A stretch of 64,000 nt of DNA from Dehalococcoidia bacterium (GCA_963662615.2 CAXXSR010000002.1:576001-640000); one strand, 5' to 3'; positions 11,201 through 20,466 are shown, numbered from the stretch's first letter. Notes: generated by a model from the letters alone, not told the origin. Program-made: numbers and translations.

Positions 11201-11577
11201 TCGCGGCACTTCTGGTTGAACGCGGCGATGCCGTACTGCTCGATCTCCGCCTTCGACTGCAAGCCCAGCTCCCGCTCCACCTCCAGCTCCACCGGCAGGC
11301 CGTGCGTGTCCCAGCCTCCCATGCGCGGCACCCGATAGCCGCGCATGGTCTTGTAGCGGGGAAAAAGGTCCTTGAACACACGCGCCAGTACGTGGTGTAC
11401 GCCCGGCGTGCCGTTCGCGGTCGGGGGGCCTTCGTAGAACGAGTAGATCTTGTCGGCCGGGCGCTCCTCCACACTGCGACGGAAGATCGCGCGTTCCTTC
11501 CAGAACGCGCGCTGGCGCTCCTCCAGCTCTTGGAACGGCATCCGGCTGCCCACCGGCTGGAACCGCGGGCCGGGCAT
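8218..11577 (-). CDS. ileS: isoleucine--tRNA ligase (type 2)
   Basis: Motifs FYEGPPTANG.PGVHH, GWDTHGLP, WTTTPWTLP, DQTRGWFYSL and KMSKS. SD GAAAGGAAG precedes ATG 11577. Confidence 0.97.
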   Translation of the reverse strand: MPGPRFQPVGSRMPFQELEERQRAFWKERAIFRRSVEERPADKIYSFYEGPPTANGTPGVHHVLARVFKDLFPRYKTMRGYRVPRMGGWDTHGLPVELEVERELGLQSKAEIEQYGIAAFNQKCRESVMRYVGQWVDMTERIAFWVDMDDPYITYEPDYVESCWWILKTLWDRGLIYEARRTAPHCPRCETSLSSHEVAQGYREDTPDPSVYVKFPADRESLPAPLRDFDGATYLLAWTTTPWTLPGNTALAVAAAETYVAVEGKEGERLLLAERLLTPTFAGLLDETPTPVARLRGSELVGVTVGGLYEPGEWGVPVLHFEDGRLQEWDAARGPVPRRRVLTADFVSMEEGTGIVHIAPAFGEDDHLLGRAEDLLFIQPVDLKGRVSGATSPFAGLFVKDADVAIIADLKERGLLLRQTVIRHTYPFCWRCETPLLYYAKPSWYVATTRVGESLTRGNRELMHWYPEHIRDGRYGDWLANNVDWAISRERYWGTPLPFWRCEQCRDTVAVGSFAELKERARDGDSVDLSDPHRPAVDAITIACRECDGTMRRVPEVVDAWFDSGAMPYAQWHYPFENQAAFREQFPADFICEAVDQTRGWFYSLHAEATLLHEAGEAPAPIAYRNVLSLGHILDQGGEKMSKSRGNVVDPWEVLDERGADALRWYMYTAAPPGNPRRFSSKLVGEAQRKFLLTLWNTYSFFVTYAVIDSFDPAVAPAAAPAAAPAAAPAPAVRGPGEAGAAASDLDRWILSALHSLINTVTTALDGYDPTSAARAIEQFVEELSNWYVRRSRRRYWKSEDDADKAAAYHTLYECLATLAKLLAPFTPYVAEEIYRNLVVQMDEDAPESVHLAAWPEANAALIDRDRNEEMRLVQRLASLGRAARSKAGLKVRQPLAEMLVALRDPDEEATVRRYEWMLLDELNVKRLNVVEASAGLVETVLRPNLPRLGPRLGRDVGRLGGALRSLSGEGATRVAAAVAAGESIEIEGFRLAPDDVLVELRERAGAATAHDGPYTVAVSTEISPELRREGAAREVVHRIQSLRREAGFEIADRIDLFIIGESAPRVIEAVLAHRDYVEAETLAVRSEILATEDAKTGGATLSKETIHGETVTLGVRRV
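9391..9438. repeat. 12-bp in-frame tandem repeat x4 inside ileS (PAAA linker)
   Basis: CGGAGCCGCCGC units encoding PAVAPAAAPAAAPAAAP. Confidence 0.85.
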
Positions 11578-11749
11578 CAGCTTCCTTTCATCCACAGGTC
11601 AGCACCACCCTAGGCGTGGGTGTCCCGTGCTGCCAGCCATCAGCACCGGCGCGCGACGTTGCCGGCCACGGCGACCCGTGTGGCCACGGCGGCGTGCAAG
11701 ACAACCCCCGACGATCTTGTGCCCGCCGCCCCGTCAGGCCGGCGCCCCG

Positions 11750-12034
11750 TCAGGCGGGCGCCCGACGCTGGATCTCCGCCGCCGCCGCGCTCGCCAGCCG
11801 CTCGCGCAGCTCGTCGGGCAGCAACTCGTCCCACTCTGTCAGGCGCTCAATCACAAAGGCGCGCGCGTCTGCACCGCTGGTGACGTCGTCGCTTGCCAGC
11901 GCTTCGGCCACCAGGCCGGCCACGACCCGGTTCGGGCGCGTCGCCACGGCCTTCGCCAGCTCCTCTTGGTCCGGGGCCTCATGGGCCGGGTAGCCGGCCA
12001 GCCGCGCTAAGTGCCGTCCCGCCGCGATCGACAT
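11750..12034 (-). CDS. hypothetical protein (94 aa)
   Basis: MSIAAGRHLARL... forms the distal part of ORF 11750..12667 and has its own ATG at 12034. Confidence 0.6.
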   Translation of the reverse strand: MSIAAGRHLARLAGYPAHEAPDQEELAKAVATRPNRVVAGLVAEALASDDVTSGADARAFVIERLTEWDELLPDELRERLASAAAAEIQRRAPA

Positions 12035-12047
12035 CGCCGCGCCGGAC

Positions 12048-12550
12048 TTAGGCGGAGTCCGTAGACTCACCGCTCGCTGCCGGCGCCGGCGTCGGCGCCG
12101 GCGCGGCGGCGCGGGGGTTTCCCCTGGCGGGGTGGCGCCGCGGAGGAATTCGCGCACGCCGTCGTTCTGGCAGGGGCGCTGCCCCCAGCGGTTCGAGACC
12201 TCCTCAAGCTGATAGCCCAACGTCATCAGCCGCTTCACCGGCGAGCAGAAGACCGGCCGGTCGCCGCGCGGGATGAACGGCACCTCAATCATGTCGGCGC
12301 AGAGCGCGCAGGCTGCGGGGTGCATCTGCCGTGGTGTCCGTCCCCCAAACGACGCGGCCCCGCCGTAGCGGATGTAGCCCGTGTCGCTCTCCAGCGTGTT
12401 GCGAGTGTTCTTGCGCGCGTTCCGGCACTCCGGACAGCGCACGGGGTCGTTCTGCAGCCCTTTGCTGGCGTAGAACTCTTGCTCGCCCGCCGTGAACACG
12501 AACTCGCGGTTGCAGTCGCGGCAGGTCAGCGTTCGATCTTGGTAGGCCAC
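12048..12550 (-). CDS. zinc-ribbon / CxxC-x17-CxxC domain protein with aberrant C-terminus
   Basis: Sequence DRTLTCRDCNREFVFTAGEQEFYASKGLQNDPVRCPECR...CALC..VPFIPRGDRPVFCS. GTG 12550 has an SD. The end is uncertain (see findings). Confidence 0.8.
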
Positions 12551-12693
12551 GGAGTTCTCCCTACCCCGGCTCCTCGCCCATCCCGGAGGAGCCGGCCTGC
12601 TTAAACAACAACCCCGCCAGCTGCGGCGGGGCAACCGTTCCAACATCTGACTCTGCCAGTTTAGCATGCCCCACGGCGCCCTGCCGCCTCCCC

Positions 12694-14337
12694 CTACCCA
12701 GGCCCCAGCCGGGCGCGCTTCGGCCTTTTTGTCAGGTACGACTGCAGCCGCGCCGCCAGCAGCGTTGCCTCCTCCAGGCGCAGGATCAACGCGGCGCTGT
12801 AGAAGACCACCACCCCCACGACCGTCCCCGTGATCAGCGCGAAGAAGGAGTCCGGCCCGAAGTCCCCCGAATCGTCCAGCACCAGCAGCACCACGCCCAC
12901 GGCCTCCACCATCAACACCGTCGCGATCACCACGCCGTAGATCGTCGCCGCCACCTGTCGCGTCCAGAGGCCTCCCTCCAGCCGACGGTCAAGGACGACG
13001 AACAGCCCCACCGCCTCCACGATGGCGGCAACAGAGAGCGCCAGCGCCAGTCCCTGCACCTCCAGCGGTCTCCACAGGACCGCGGCGAGGACGATGTTCA
13101 GCAGCATGGCTCCGAGCGCCAGTGTGACCGGCGTGCGGGTGTCGCCCAGCGCGTAGAAGCCGCGCGACAGGATCTCAATGGCCGAATGCGCGAACAGCGC
13201 CAGAGCGTAAAACAGCAGTGCGTCCGACACCAGATCGCGCGCGGCGGCGTCGAACAGCCCCCGTTCGAACAGCGCCCGCACCAGCGGTTCGCGCAGCAGC
13301 ATCAGCCCCACGCCGGCCGGGATGGAGAGGAAGAGCGTCAATCGCAGGGCCCGCGCCACCATCTGACGCACTTCCCGTTCACCGCCGCTGGCGGCCCGTT
13401 CGGCGAGCGCGGGGAACATGGCTATGCCCAGCGACATCCCAAACATCCCCACAGGAAAGAGGAGGATGAGCCAGGCGAAGTTCAAGGCTGAAATGGCCCC
13501 CTCCTGCACGAAGGAGGCGAAGAACGTCAAGACCATGAAGTTGACCTGCGCCGCCGCCAGCCCGATCATTCGCGGCCCCATGAGCCGCAGCACCTCTCGC
13601 GCGCCCGGATCCCGCAGGTTGATGGTGGGCATGAGCCGCGCCCGCGCCGCCATCAGCGCCGGCAACTGCACCAGCAGGTGCAGGCCGCTCCCCACCACCA
13701 CCCCGATCGCCAGCGCCTCCACCCCGAACTCGTCGGAGAGGAGCAGCGCGCCCAGAATGATCGAGAGGTTGTAGAGCATGGGCGCCAGCGCCGGCAGCAG
13801 GAAGTGCCGGCGCGCGTTGAGGATGCCGGTGATCATCCCGGAGACGGCGAAGAGGATGGGCGAGATCAGCATCACTCGCGTGAGGAAGATGGCGTCATCG
13901 CGGATCTCCGCCTGGATGGCGGTGTCCTCGCCCAGGCCGGGCGCCAGCGCGGGCACAACCCATTGGGCCGTGACCAGCATCACCGCGGCAAGCGCGATCG
14001 TCCCCAACAGCACCACGTTGAGAACCGTGCTGGCGAGCCGCCAGGCTTCGTCCTCGCCCCGCCGCATGACGTAGCGGGCGTAGACGGGAATGAACGCCGC
14101 CGCCAGGGTGGCGCCCGCGAGCAGTTGGAAGACCAGCTCCGGCAGCCGTTGGGCGACGAAGAAAGCGTCCAGGTCGGCGCTGGCGCCGTACTCATTGGCG
14201 ATGATGATCGCCCGGACCGCGCCCAGGATCCGGCTGCCCAGGAAACCCAGCGCCACCAGCGTGGCGGCGCCCGCGATGGTGGTGGTCCTCCCCGTCAGCA
14301 CCGCGGCTTGAGCGGCCTCAAGAGGGCGTCGCGGCAC
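12694..14337 (-). CDS. murJ: lipid II flippase MurJ (MviN)
   Basis: Motifs SRILGAVR, LDAFFVAQRLPE, AFIPV and RGFYALGDTRTPV. Multi-pass membrane protein. Confidence 0.95.
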   Translation of the reverse strand: MPRRPLEAAQAAVLTGRTTTIAGAATLVALGFLGSRILGAVRAIIIANEYGASADLDAFFVAQRLPELVFQLLAGATLAAAFIPVYARYVMRRGEDEAWRLASTVLNVVLLGTIALAAVMLVTAQWVVPALAPGLGEDTAIQAEIRDDAIFLTRVMLISPILFAVSGMITGILNARRHFLLPALAPMLYNLSIILGALLLSDEFGVEALAIGVVVGSGLHLLVQLPALMAARARLMPTINLRDPGAREVLRLMGPRMIGLAAAQVNFMVLTFFASFVQEGAISALNFAWLILLFPVGMFGMSLGIAMFPALAERAASGGEREVRQMVARALRLTLFLSIPAGVGLMLLREPLVRALFERGLFDAAARDLVSDALLFYALALFAHSAIEILSRGFYALGDTRTPVTLALGAMLLNIVLAAVLWRPLEVQGLALALSVAAIVEAVGLFVVLDRRLEGGLWTRQVAATIYGVVIATVLMVEAVGVVLLVLDDSGDFGPDSFFALITGTVVGVVVFYSAALILRLEEATLLAARLQSYLTKRPKRARLGPG

Positions 14338-14435
14338 TCCGGCGACCGCGTTCGCGACCTAGACACTCCGTCTGTCATGCCCATACGATACCGCCGGTGG
14401 GAGCCTGAACGGAGTCACGCCCGTGGGAGCGCCGG

Positions 14436-14756
14436 ATGCCCAATAAGCCAGCCGCGGCGAAGTACTACCGCGCTTCTCTGCGCCGCCGCCTGGGCAACAA
14501 GCCCGTGCGCACCCGCGCGCGCACCGCCGTCCGCGACGCCATCGATGCCATCGACAGCGCCGACTGGGACGACGCCGAGCAGCTCATCCCCATCGCGGTG
14601 CGCGCCCTCGACCGGGCGGCCCAGCGGCGCATCATCCACCCCAACAACGCGGCCCGACACAAGGCGCGCCTGTTGCGGCGCTACCAGGCGGCGCGGGATC
14701 CCCAGCGCAGGGCCCGCCCCCGGATGCGTCCTCCCCCCCCGGTGGAAGTGCCCTAG
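14436..14756 (+). CDS. rpsT: 30S ribosomal protein S20 with ~20-aa C-terminal extension
   Basis: Sequence MPNKPAAAK...LDRAAQRRIIHPNNAARHKARL. Confidence 0.93.
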   Translation: MPNKPAAAKYYRASLRRRLGNKPVRTRARTAVRDAIDAIDSADWDDAEQLIPIAVRALDRAAQRRIIHPNNAARHKARLLRRYQAARDPQRRARPRMRPPPPVEVP

Positions 14757-14939
14757 ACGCCGGCGCCGATCGCGGAGAGCGAAACCGAGCGGGCCACCGC
14801 CTGATCTCCGCTACGCGCCGGAGCGGCGCTCAGCGGCCAGACTCGTGACCTGCCCGCGGTCGCGCCGCGCCTCCCCTTCGACATTGCGGTGCAGCCTTGT
14901 CCGCTGCCGGCGCCGTTGAGGCGGTAGCATAGGCGGGTA

Positions 14940-16013
14940 ATGCAGGCGCTGGTGTTCCATGAGCCCGGTCGCATCACCGTGGAGTCGGTAGCCGATCCCG
15001 TTCCCGGCCCCGGCGAAGTCGTCCTCCGCATCGGGGCGGGCGGGATCTGCGCCTCCGACCTGCGCGTGTTCCGGGGCGAGAAGCACGCCGCCGCCGGCGT
15101 TGTGCCGGGCCATGAGTTCGCCGGCGACGTCGTCGAAGTCGGTTCAGGCGTTGACAGTGTCCAGGTCGGCGACCGTGTCGCCGTCTACCCCATCCTGGCC
15201 TGCGGCGGTTGCGACTTCTGCCGCCGCGGCCTGCGCAACCGCTGCCTGGCGCGCCAGACGCTCGGGTACGACCGCAACGGCGGCCTGGCTGAGTACGTCT
15301 TGCTGCCCGAGGCGATCGTGCGACAGGGCCACCTGGTGCCGCTCCCGCCCGGCCTCCCGATCGAGCGCGGAGCCATGACGGAGCCCACGGCCTGCGTGCT
15401 CAACTCGCTCGAATCCTGCGACTTGCGCGCCGGGGCGGTGGTGGCCGTGCTCGGCGCGGGCCCCATGGGGCTCTTGCACGTCGTGCTCGCACGCGCCTTG
15501 GGCGCTGGACCCATCGTCGTGGCCGAGCCCGTTGACTCCCGGCGGGCAATGGCCGCCGAACTGGGCGCAACGGTGGTCGTGGGCGGTGACGCCGAAGAGG
15601 TGGAGAGCGCCGTTCGCACTGCCGGAGCCAGCGGTGGAGCCAGCAGCGGCGCTGGCAGCGGCGCCGACGTGGTGATCGTCAGCGTTGGGTTGGACGGGCT
15701 GACGGAGCGGGCGTTGCGACTGGCGGCGCCGCGGGCGCGGATCAACCTCTTCGCGGGCTTCCCTCCGGATACGGCCGCGACTTTGGACGTGAACCATCTC
15801 CACTACAAAGAGATCGTCCTCACGGGCACGCAAAACGCCACACCCGACCAGTTCCGTCGCGCGGCGGCGCTGCTGCCCTCGCTGGACGCGCTCGATCGGA
15901 TCGTCACGCACCGCTACGCGCTCTCCCGTGGCGATGAAGCCTACGCCGTGCGTAGCGATCCCGACGCGCTCAAGTCGCTGATCCTGCCCCACACGGAGGA
16001 GGCCATCGCGTGA
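14940..16013 (+). CDS. zinc-binding (MDR) alcohol/polyol dehydrogenase
   Basis: Motifs GICASD, PGHEFAG, CGGCDFC...C and GAGPMG. Confidence 0.93.
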   Translation: MQALVFHEPGRITVESVADPVPGPGEVVLRIGAGGICASDLRVFRGEKHAAAGVVPGHEFAGDVVEVGSGVDSVQVGDRVAVYPILACGGCDFCRRGLRNRCLARQTLGYDRNGGLAEYVLLPEAIVRQGHLVPLPPGLPIERGAMTEPTACVLNSLESCDLRAGAVVAVLGAGPMGLLHVVLARALGAGPIVVAEPVDSRRAMAAELGATVVVGGDAEEVESAVRTAGASGGASSGAGSGADVVIVSVGLDGLTERALRLAAPRARINLFAGFPPDTAATLDVNHLHYKEIVLTGTQNATPDQFRRAAALLPSLDALDRIVTHRYALSRGDEAYAVRSDPDALKSLILPHTEEAIA

Positions 16014-16879
16014 CGGCCGCGTACGATCCCTCGCCCGACGAGCAGGGGGCGGGCGTGGAGCTTCGCGATGCCCGCCGCGCCCGCGGCCTCTCGCTGGACG
16101 ACTGCCAGCGCGCAACGCGCATCTCGCGTCGGTATTTAGAGGCGCTGGAGGAGGACGACTATGCGGCGCTGCCCGCCCCCGTCTTCGCGCGCGGCTTCCT
16201 CCGCTCTTACGCGCAGTATCTCGGCGTGGACGCCACGACCCTGATCTCCCGCTTCCCCGGCGAGGCGCGACCCGGCGACGCCCTGCCCGGCATCGATGTG
16301 CTGGGACAGCCACCCCGCCGCCGTGAGGCTGCCCGCGACGCCCGCATGAACGCCTACGCCGATGAGCGCGGCTATGACGCCGGCGCGCTCTCGCCGATCC
16401 CCACCATTGACACCCGCACCCCCGGCGTCTGGCTGGGCCCCTGGCTCATCGCGGCCTTCGTGGCGCTGGTGGTCGTCGCCGTGGTCGTCGCCATCGTCAC
16501 GCTCAGCGATGACGAGGCCAGTCCCGGAGTCCAGGTCACGCCGCCCCCTGGCGTCGCCGTCGGCCCCTCCGAGCTTGAGCGAGAGGGCGAGATCGTTGAG
16601 CAGCCCCCCACCATCCTGCTCGAGACGATGCCCGACCTGACCCTGGGCACGGTGTCCGACTCCATCCCCGTGCTCCGCCGCTCCAACCTGCCCTTCGTCA
16701 TCGTTGAGGTCTATGACGAGTTCGAGCCCGCCGGCGCCGTGATCGATCAGGTGCCGCTGCCCGACACGCCCCTGGACGACGGCTCCGCCGTCACGCTGGT
16801 GGTCAGTCGAGGGCCCATCCCTACCGCACCGGCCCCGCCGCAAGAGCCGGCCCAGTCCGATGATCTACCCTCGGGCTGA
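16010..16879 (+). CDS. RodZ-like HTH membrane protein with C-terminal PASTA-like domain
   Basis: HTH TRISRRYLEALE...FARGFLRSYAQYLG, one TM segment, then MPDL...GAVIDQVP...VTLVVSRG. Confidence 0.85.
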   Translation: MTAAYDPSPDEQGAGVELRDARRARGLSLDDCQRATRISRRYLEALEEDDYAALPAPVFARGFLRSYAQYLGVDATTLISRFPGEARPGDALPGIDVLGQPPRRREAARDARMNAYADERGYDAGALSPIPTIDTRTPGVWLGPWLIAAFVALVVVAVVVAIVTLSDDEASPGVQVTPPPGVAVGPSELEREGEIVEQPPTILLETMPDLTLGTVSDSIPVLRRSNLPFVIVEVYDEFEPAGAVIDQVPLPDTPLDDGSAVTLVVSRGPIPTAPAPPQEPAQSDDLPSG

Positions 16880-18201
16880 TGCGCTACCACCTCACCACCC
16901 TGGGCTGTCCCAAGAACACCAGCGACTCCGAGCGTCTGGTCCGCGTGCTCGCGGGGGCTGGACATGCCGCCGTGGAGGCCGCCCCCGAGGCCGATGTCCT
17001 CATCGTCAATACTTGCGGCTTCATCGATCAGGCGAAGCAGGAATCGGAGGAGGTCACCACCGCCCTCGCGCGCCGCAAGGCGTCCGACCAGCGGCTGCTC
17101 GTCGTGGGCTGCTGGTCCCAACTGGAGGCGGCCCAGATCCGCGATCGCATCCCAGGGGTGGATGCCACCTTCGGCATCGAGGCCTGGGACGCCATCGCGG
17201 CGTACGTCGGTCCCGGCCGGCCCCCGGACATCCCCGAGACGGGATCGGGACAGCGTCGCCGCGCCAGCGCCTACTTGAAGATCTCGGACGGCTGCGCCCG
17301 CCCCTGCACCTTCTGCAGTATCCCGCTCATCAAGGGCCGGCAGTTCCGCAGCGCCCCGCTGGACGAGCTCGTGGCGGAGGCCCGCCGCCTCGCCGACGAG
17401 GGGGTGAAGGAGCTGGTGCTGGTGGCGCAGGACAGCACTGCCTACGGCGAGGAGGCCGGTCTGCGTGACGGCACCGCAATTTTGTTGGAGCGCTTGGCGC
17501 GGGAAGTGCCGCGGGTGCCCTGGATCCGCCTCATGTACGCCTATCCCGGCATGGTGAGTCAGCGCCTCGTTGAGACCATGGCCGCCCTGCCGCAGGTCTG
17601 CCACTACCTCGACATCCCTCTCCAGCACGGCAGCGCCACCGTCCTCCGACGCATGAAGCGTCCCCACAACCTGACCATGGTCCAGGACACCCTCCAACGT
17701 CTCCGCCGCGGCATGCCGGACATCGCTCTGCGCACCACCTTCATCGTTGGCTTTCCCGGCGAGACCAAGCGCGAGTTCGACGAGCTGCTTGCCTTCGTGC
17801 AAGAACAGCGCTTCGACCGCGCCGGGGCCTTTACCTACTCACCGCAAGCGGGGACGCCGGCCGCCACCATGCCCGCGCAGGTGCCGGAGAAGGTGAAGCG
17901 GCGGCGCCTGAAGCGCTTGATGAACGCGCAGCGACGCGTCTCCGCGGAGATCAATGCGTCGCTGCTGGGCCGCGAACTCGCCGTCCTGGTGGAGTCGGTG
18001 GAAGGCCAGACGGCGCCCGACGGCGCCCCGATCTTCGTGGGGCGCTCCTACCGCGACGCGCCGGAGGTGGACGGCTTGGTCTTCTGCCACGGTCTCGCGC
18101 GCCCCGGCACGATGCCGCGGGTGCGCGTCACCGGCGCCCTCGAGCACGATCTCCTCGCCGAGCCCGTCGACGCCGACACCTTCGCGCTGCTGGTTCGCTG
18201 A
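16879..18201 (+). CDS. rimO: ribosomal protein S12 methylthiotransferase
   Basis: Motifs LGCPKN, NTCGFI, YLKISDGCARPCTFC and DAPEVDG. Confidence 0.93.
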   Translation: MRYHLTTLGCPKNTSDSERLVRVLAGAGHAAVEAAPEADVLIVNTCGFIDQAKQESEEVTTALARRKASDQRLLVVGCWSQLEAAQIRDRIPGVDATFGIEAWDAIAAYVGPGRPPDIPETGSGQRRRASAYLKISDGCARPCTFCSIPLIKGRQFRSAPLDELVAEARRLADEGVKELVLVAQDSTAYGEEAGLRDGTAILLERLAREVPRVPWIRLMYAYPGMVSQRLVETMAALPQVCHYLDIPLQHGSATVLRRMKRPHNLTMVQDTLQRLRRGMPDIALRTTFIVGFPGETKREFDELLAFVQEQRFDRAGAFTYSPQAGTPAATMPAQVPEKVKRRRLKRLMNAQRRVSAEINASLLGRELAVLVESVEGQTAPDGAPIFVGRSYRDAPEVDGLVFCHGLARPGTMPRVRVTGALEHDLLAEPVDADTFALLVR

Positions 18202-18221
18202 CTCCGGCGCTCAGAGGGCGC

Positions 18222-18515
18222 TCAGAGCGCGTGCAGGATCTCCGTCTCCACGTCCGTGAGTTCGGCGTCCACGTGCAGCCCCTCCACGAAGTTGAGCACC
18301 TTCATCAGCACCGCGTGGCAGTGCTTGGCGTCGTTGCTGACGCAGACGATGCCCACCGTCGCGACCTGGAGATCGTCCTGCGTCTCCACCTCGGCTACGG
18401 CCACGTTGAACTTGTGCCCCACGCGGTCCACCAGCCGGCGCAGCACGGCCCGCTTGCCCTTGAGGGAGCGGTTCTCCGCCAGGGTGAGCGTGAGCCGCAG
18501 ACAGCCCACGACCAT
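18222..18515 (-). CDS. DUF503 (YlxP-like) protein
   Basis: Sequence SLKGKRAVL...KFNVAVAEV..QD. Confidence 0.9.
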   Translation of the reverse strand: MVVGCLRLTLTLAENRSLKGKRAVLRRLVDRVGHKFNVAVAEVETQDDLQVATVGIVCVSNDAKHCHAVLMKVLNFVEGLHVDAELTDVETEILHAL

Positions 18516-18559
18516 GATTCGGCCTCCGTCTGCCGGTCCCGCGGGGCTCGTGCCGGCCG

Positions 18560-19510
18560 CTAGTCGCCCGCGGCGGCTGCCGCCATGCGTTCCGACGGCA
18601 CAGCTTCCGACGGCACGGCTGCCGACGGCACAGCTGCCGACGGCACAGCTGCCGACGGCACGGCTTCCGGCGGCACAGCTTCCGACGGCACGGCTTCCGG
18701 CGGCACGGCTGCCGGCGGCGCCTCCCGCTGCGCGGAGTCCCGCCGCAGGGCTTGTTCCAGGGCCAGCACGCCTTGCTCCCCCGCCGGGGCCTCGGGAAGG
18801 GGCGGCAGCTCGGTCACGCGGCTGAGCCCGAAGTGCTCCAGAAAGCGGCCCGTCGTCGCCCAGAGGTGCGGACGGCCCGGCGCCTCCACCTGGCCCGCGT
18901 GCCGGATCAGGTCCCGTTGCCGCAGCGTCCCCAGGGTCCCATCGCAGGCGACACCTCGCACGGCCTCAATCCCCGCTCGGGTGACTGGCTGACGATAGGC
19001 GATGATCGCCAGCGTCTCCAGCGCCGCCTTGGACAGCCGGTTGGGCCGTTCCACGCCCAGGAGCCGCTCCACGAACGGCGCCGCTTCCGGGGCCGTGACC
19101 AGCCGCACGCGAGAGCCGCCGCGCTGCAGGCGAACGCCGCGATGCGCGCTCGCGCGCTCCAGCGCGTCCAGGGCCTCCTCCACCGCGTCCGGCGCGACGT
19201 TGGTGGCGTGCGCCAGTTGGGAGATCGAAGGCGGCTCGTCCGCCGCCAGCAGCAGCGCTTCCAGGACCAGCGGGATGTTCGCCGGCGTCTCGCTCTTCTC
19301 ATCCGTCTCAATCACCGTCAGCACGGCCGGCCCGCGCCCTTCGCCGCCCCCCGGCGGCGCTGCGGGCGCTGGCGCCGACTGGCCCCCCGGAGCCGGGAGA
19401 GCCTCTGGCTCATCGTCCGCCGATCGGGTCGCAAGACGCAGGAACTCCGGCGGGGGAATGTCTGCTGATGCGGGGTCGGCCAGAGGGAGAGCCGCGGGCA
19501 GTGGCTCCAT
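18560..19510 (-). CDS. scpB: SMC-Scp complex subunit ScpB with low-complexity termini
   Basis: Motifs LEALLL, LSKAALETLAIIAYRQPVTR..IEAVRGV and TTGRFLEHFGL..LPPL. Confidence 0.93.
   Translation of the reverse strand: MEPLPAALPLADPASADIPPPEFLRLATRSADDEPEALPAPGGQSAPAPAAPPGGGEGRGPAVLTVIETDEKSETPANIPLVLEALLLAADEPPSISQLAHATNVAPDAVEEALDALERASAHRGVRLQRGGSRVRLVTAPEAAPFVERLLGVERPNRLSKAALETLAIIAYRQPVTRAGIEAVRGVACDGTLGTLRQRDLIRHAGQVEAPGRPHLWATTGRFLEHFGLSRVTELPPLPEAPAGEQGVLALEQALRRDSAQREAPPAAVPPEAVPSEAVPPEAVPSAAVPSAAVPSAAVPSEAVPSERMAAAAAGD
18591..18719. repeat. coding 15-bp tandem repeat x8 (EAVPS/AAVPS) in the scpB tail
   Basis: TCCGACGGCACAGCT-type units. Confidence 0.9.
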
Positions 19511-19705
19511 CGCTGCAGTCTTCCTACCCCGTCGCCACCAAGCGGGAGCGCGGCTACCGTAACACGCGACCTTTCAGCGCTCCACCGTTCCCACCATCCC
19601 GCCCCAGCCCGGCGCTCAGGGACCAGACTCGTCCCCAGGCCAGACAGGGAGCAGCGCTCGCGGGCCGCTCGGCAACCCCTACCCCCCCGGCGGCTCCAGA
19701 TGGCG

Positions 19706-19733
19706 TTGACATATTCTGTGACCCTGGCGTCAC
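19706..19733 (+). promoter_or_regulatory. TTGACA -35 element followed by GTGAC-N6-GTCAC palindrome upstream of the RDD gene
   Basis: TTGACA at 19706-19711, GTGAC at 19718-22 and GTCAC at 19729-33. Confidence 0.4.
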
Positions 19734-19845
19734 GCACCCGCTCCCAACAGGTCTACCGACAGACACCGCGTTTCGATCGAGTGAAGGTGGGGATGCCGCG
19801 CCGCGCACGGGAGCGGCGGTCGTCACTATCCCGGAGGAAGTTCAC

Positions 19846-20466
19846 ATGGTCGAGCGACCGCCCGCGGTCCCGTCGGACGTCGGCGCAGACGCCGACGCTC
19901 CCACCGCCGAAGCCGCGACTCGCGCCACCGTTGGGGCCTGCCAGAGTTGCGGTGCCCTCTGGACCGGCGAGGGACGCTGCCGCAGGTGCGGTGGCTCGGT
20001 CGTGAGCTTGCGGCCCGCGCACCGAGGCTCCAGCGCCTCGATCGACGCCACGCGGCTGGCGCCTCTCACAGCATCCCAGCTTCTCAAGTCCGGCCAGGCC
20101 GCCGGCTTCTGGATCCGCTTCTTTGCCTCGTTCATCGACTGGATCGCGCTCTCGGCGGCGAGCACCGCGCTGTCGCTGCTACTCGGATCCGGCGCGGGTG
20201 CGGTATTCGCCGTATTGGGGGTCACCCTCCTCTACTTAATCCTCGCCGGGGCCGGCGGCCAGTCGCTTGGCAAAGCCGTGTTGGGCATCAAGATCGTCAC
20301 CTTCGACACCGGAGAGCCGCCCGGTCTTGGCCGCGCCCTGATCCGTCACGTCGTCTCCATCTTCAGCGCGATCGTCCTCTTCCTCGGCTACTTCTCGATG
20401 CTCGGGGACTACGACAAGCGCACCTGGCACGACAAAGCCGCAGGCGTCCGCGTCGTCTATATCTGA
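19846..20466 (+). CDS. RDD family membrane protein with N-terminal Zn-ribbon
   Basis: Motifs CQSC..CRRC, AGFWIRFFASFID, GQSLGK and KRTWHDK. SD GGAGGA. Confidence 0.9.
   Translation: MVERPPAVPSDVGADADAPTAEAATRATVGACQSCGALWTGEGRCRRCGGSVVSLRPAHRGSSASIDATRLAPLTASQLLKSGQAAGFWIRFFASFIDWIALSAASTALSLLLGSGAGAVFAVLGVTLLYLILAGAGGQSLGKAVLGIKIVTFDTGEPPGLGRALIRHVVSIFSAIVLFLGYFSMLGDYDKRTWHDKAAGVRVVYI

Noticed and set aside
11580-11745. Possible T-box leader upstream of ileS (AGGGGTGGTGC)
   Set aside because: It lacks the GGTGGnACC(G/A)CG T-box and a recognisable stem I/specifier loop.
19630-19665. CCAGGCCAGACAGGGAGCAGC resembling SRP RNA helix 8
   Set aside because: The loop is not GNRA, the closing pair is mismatched and the flanks do not form the expected helix. 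An Rfam scan would settle it.
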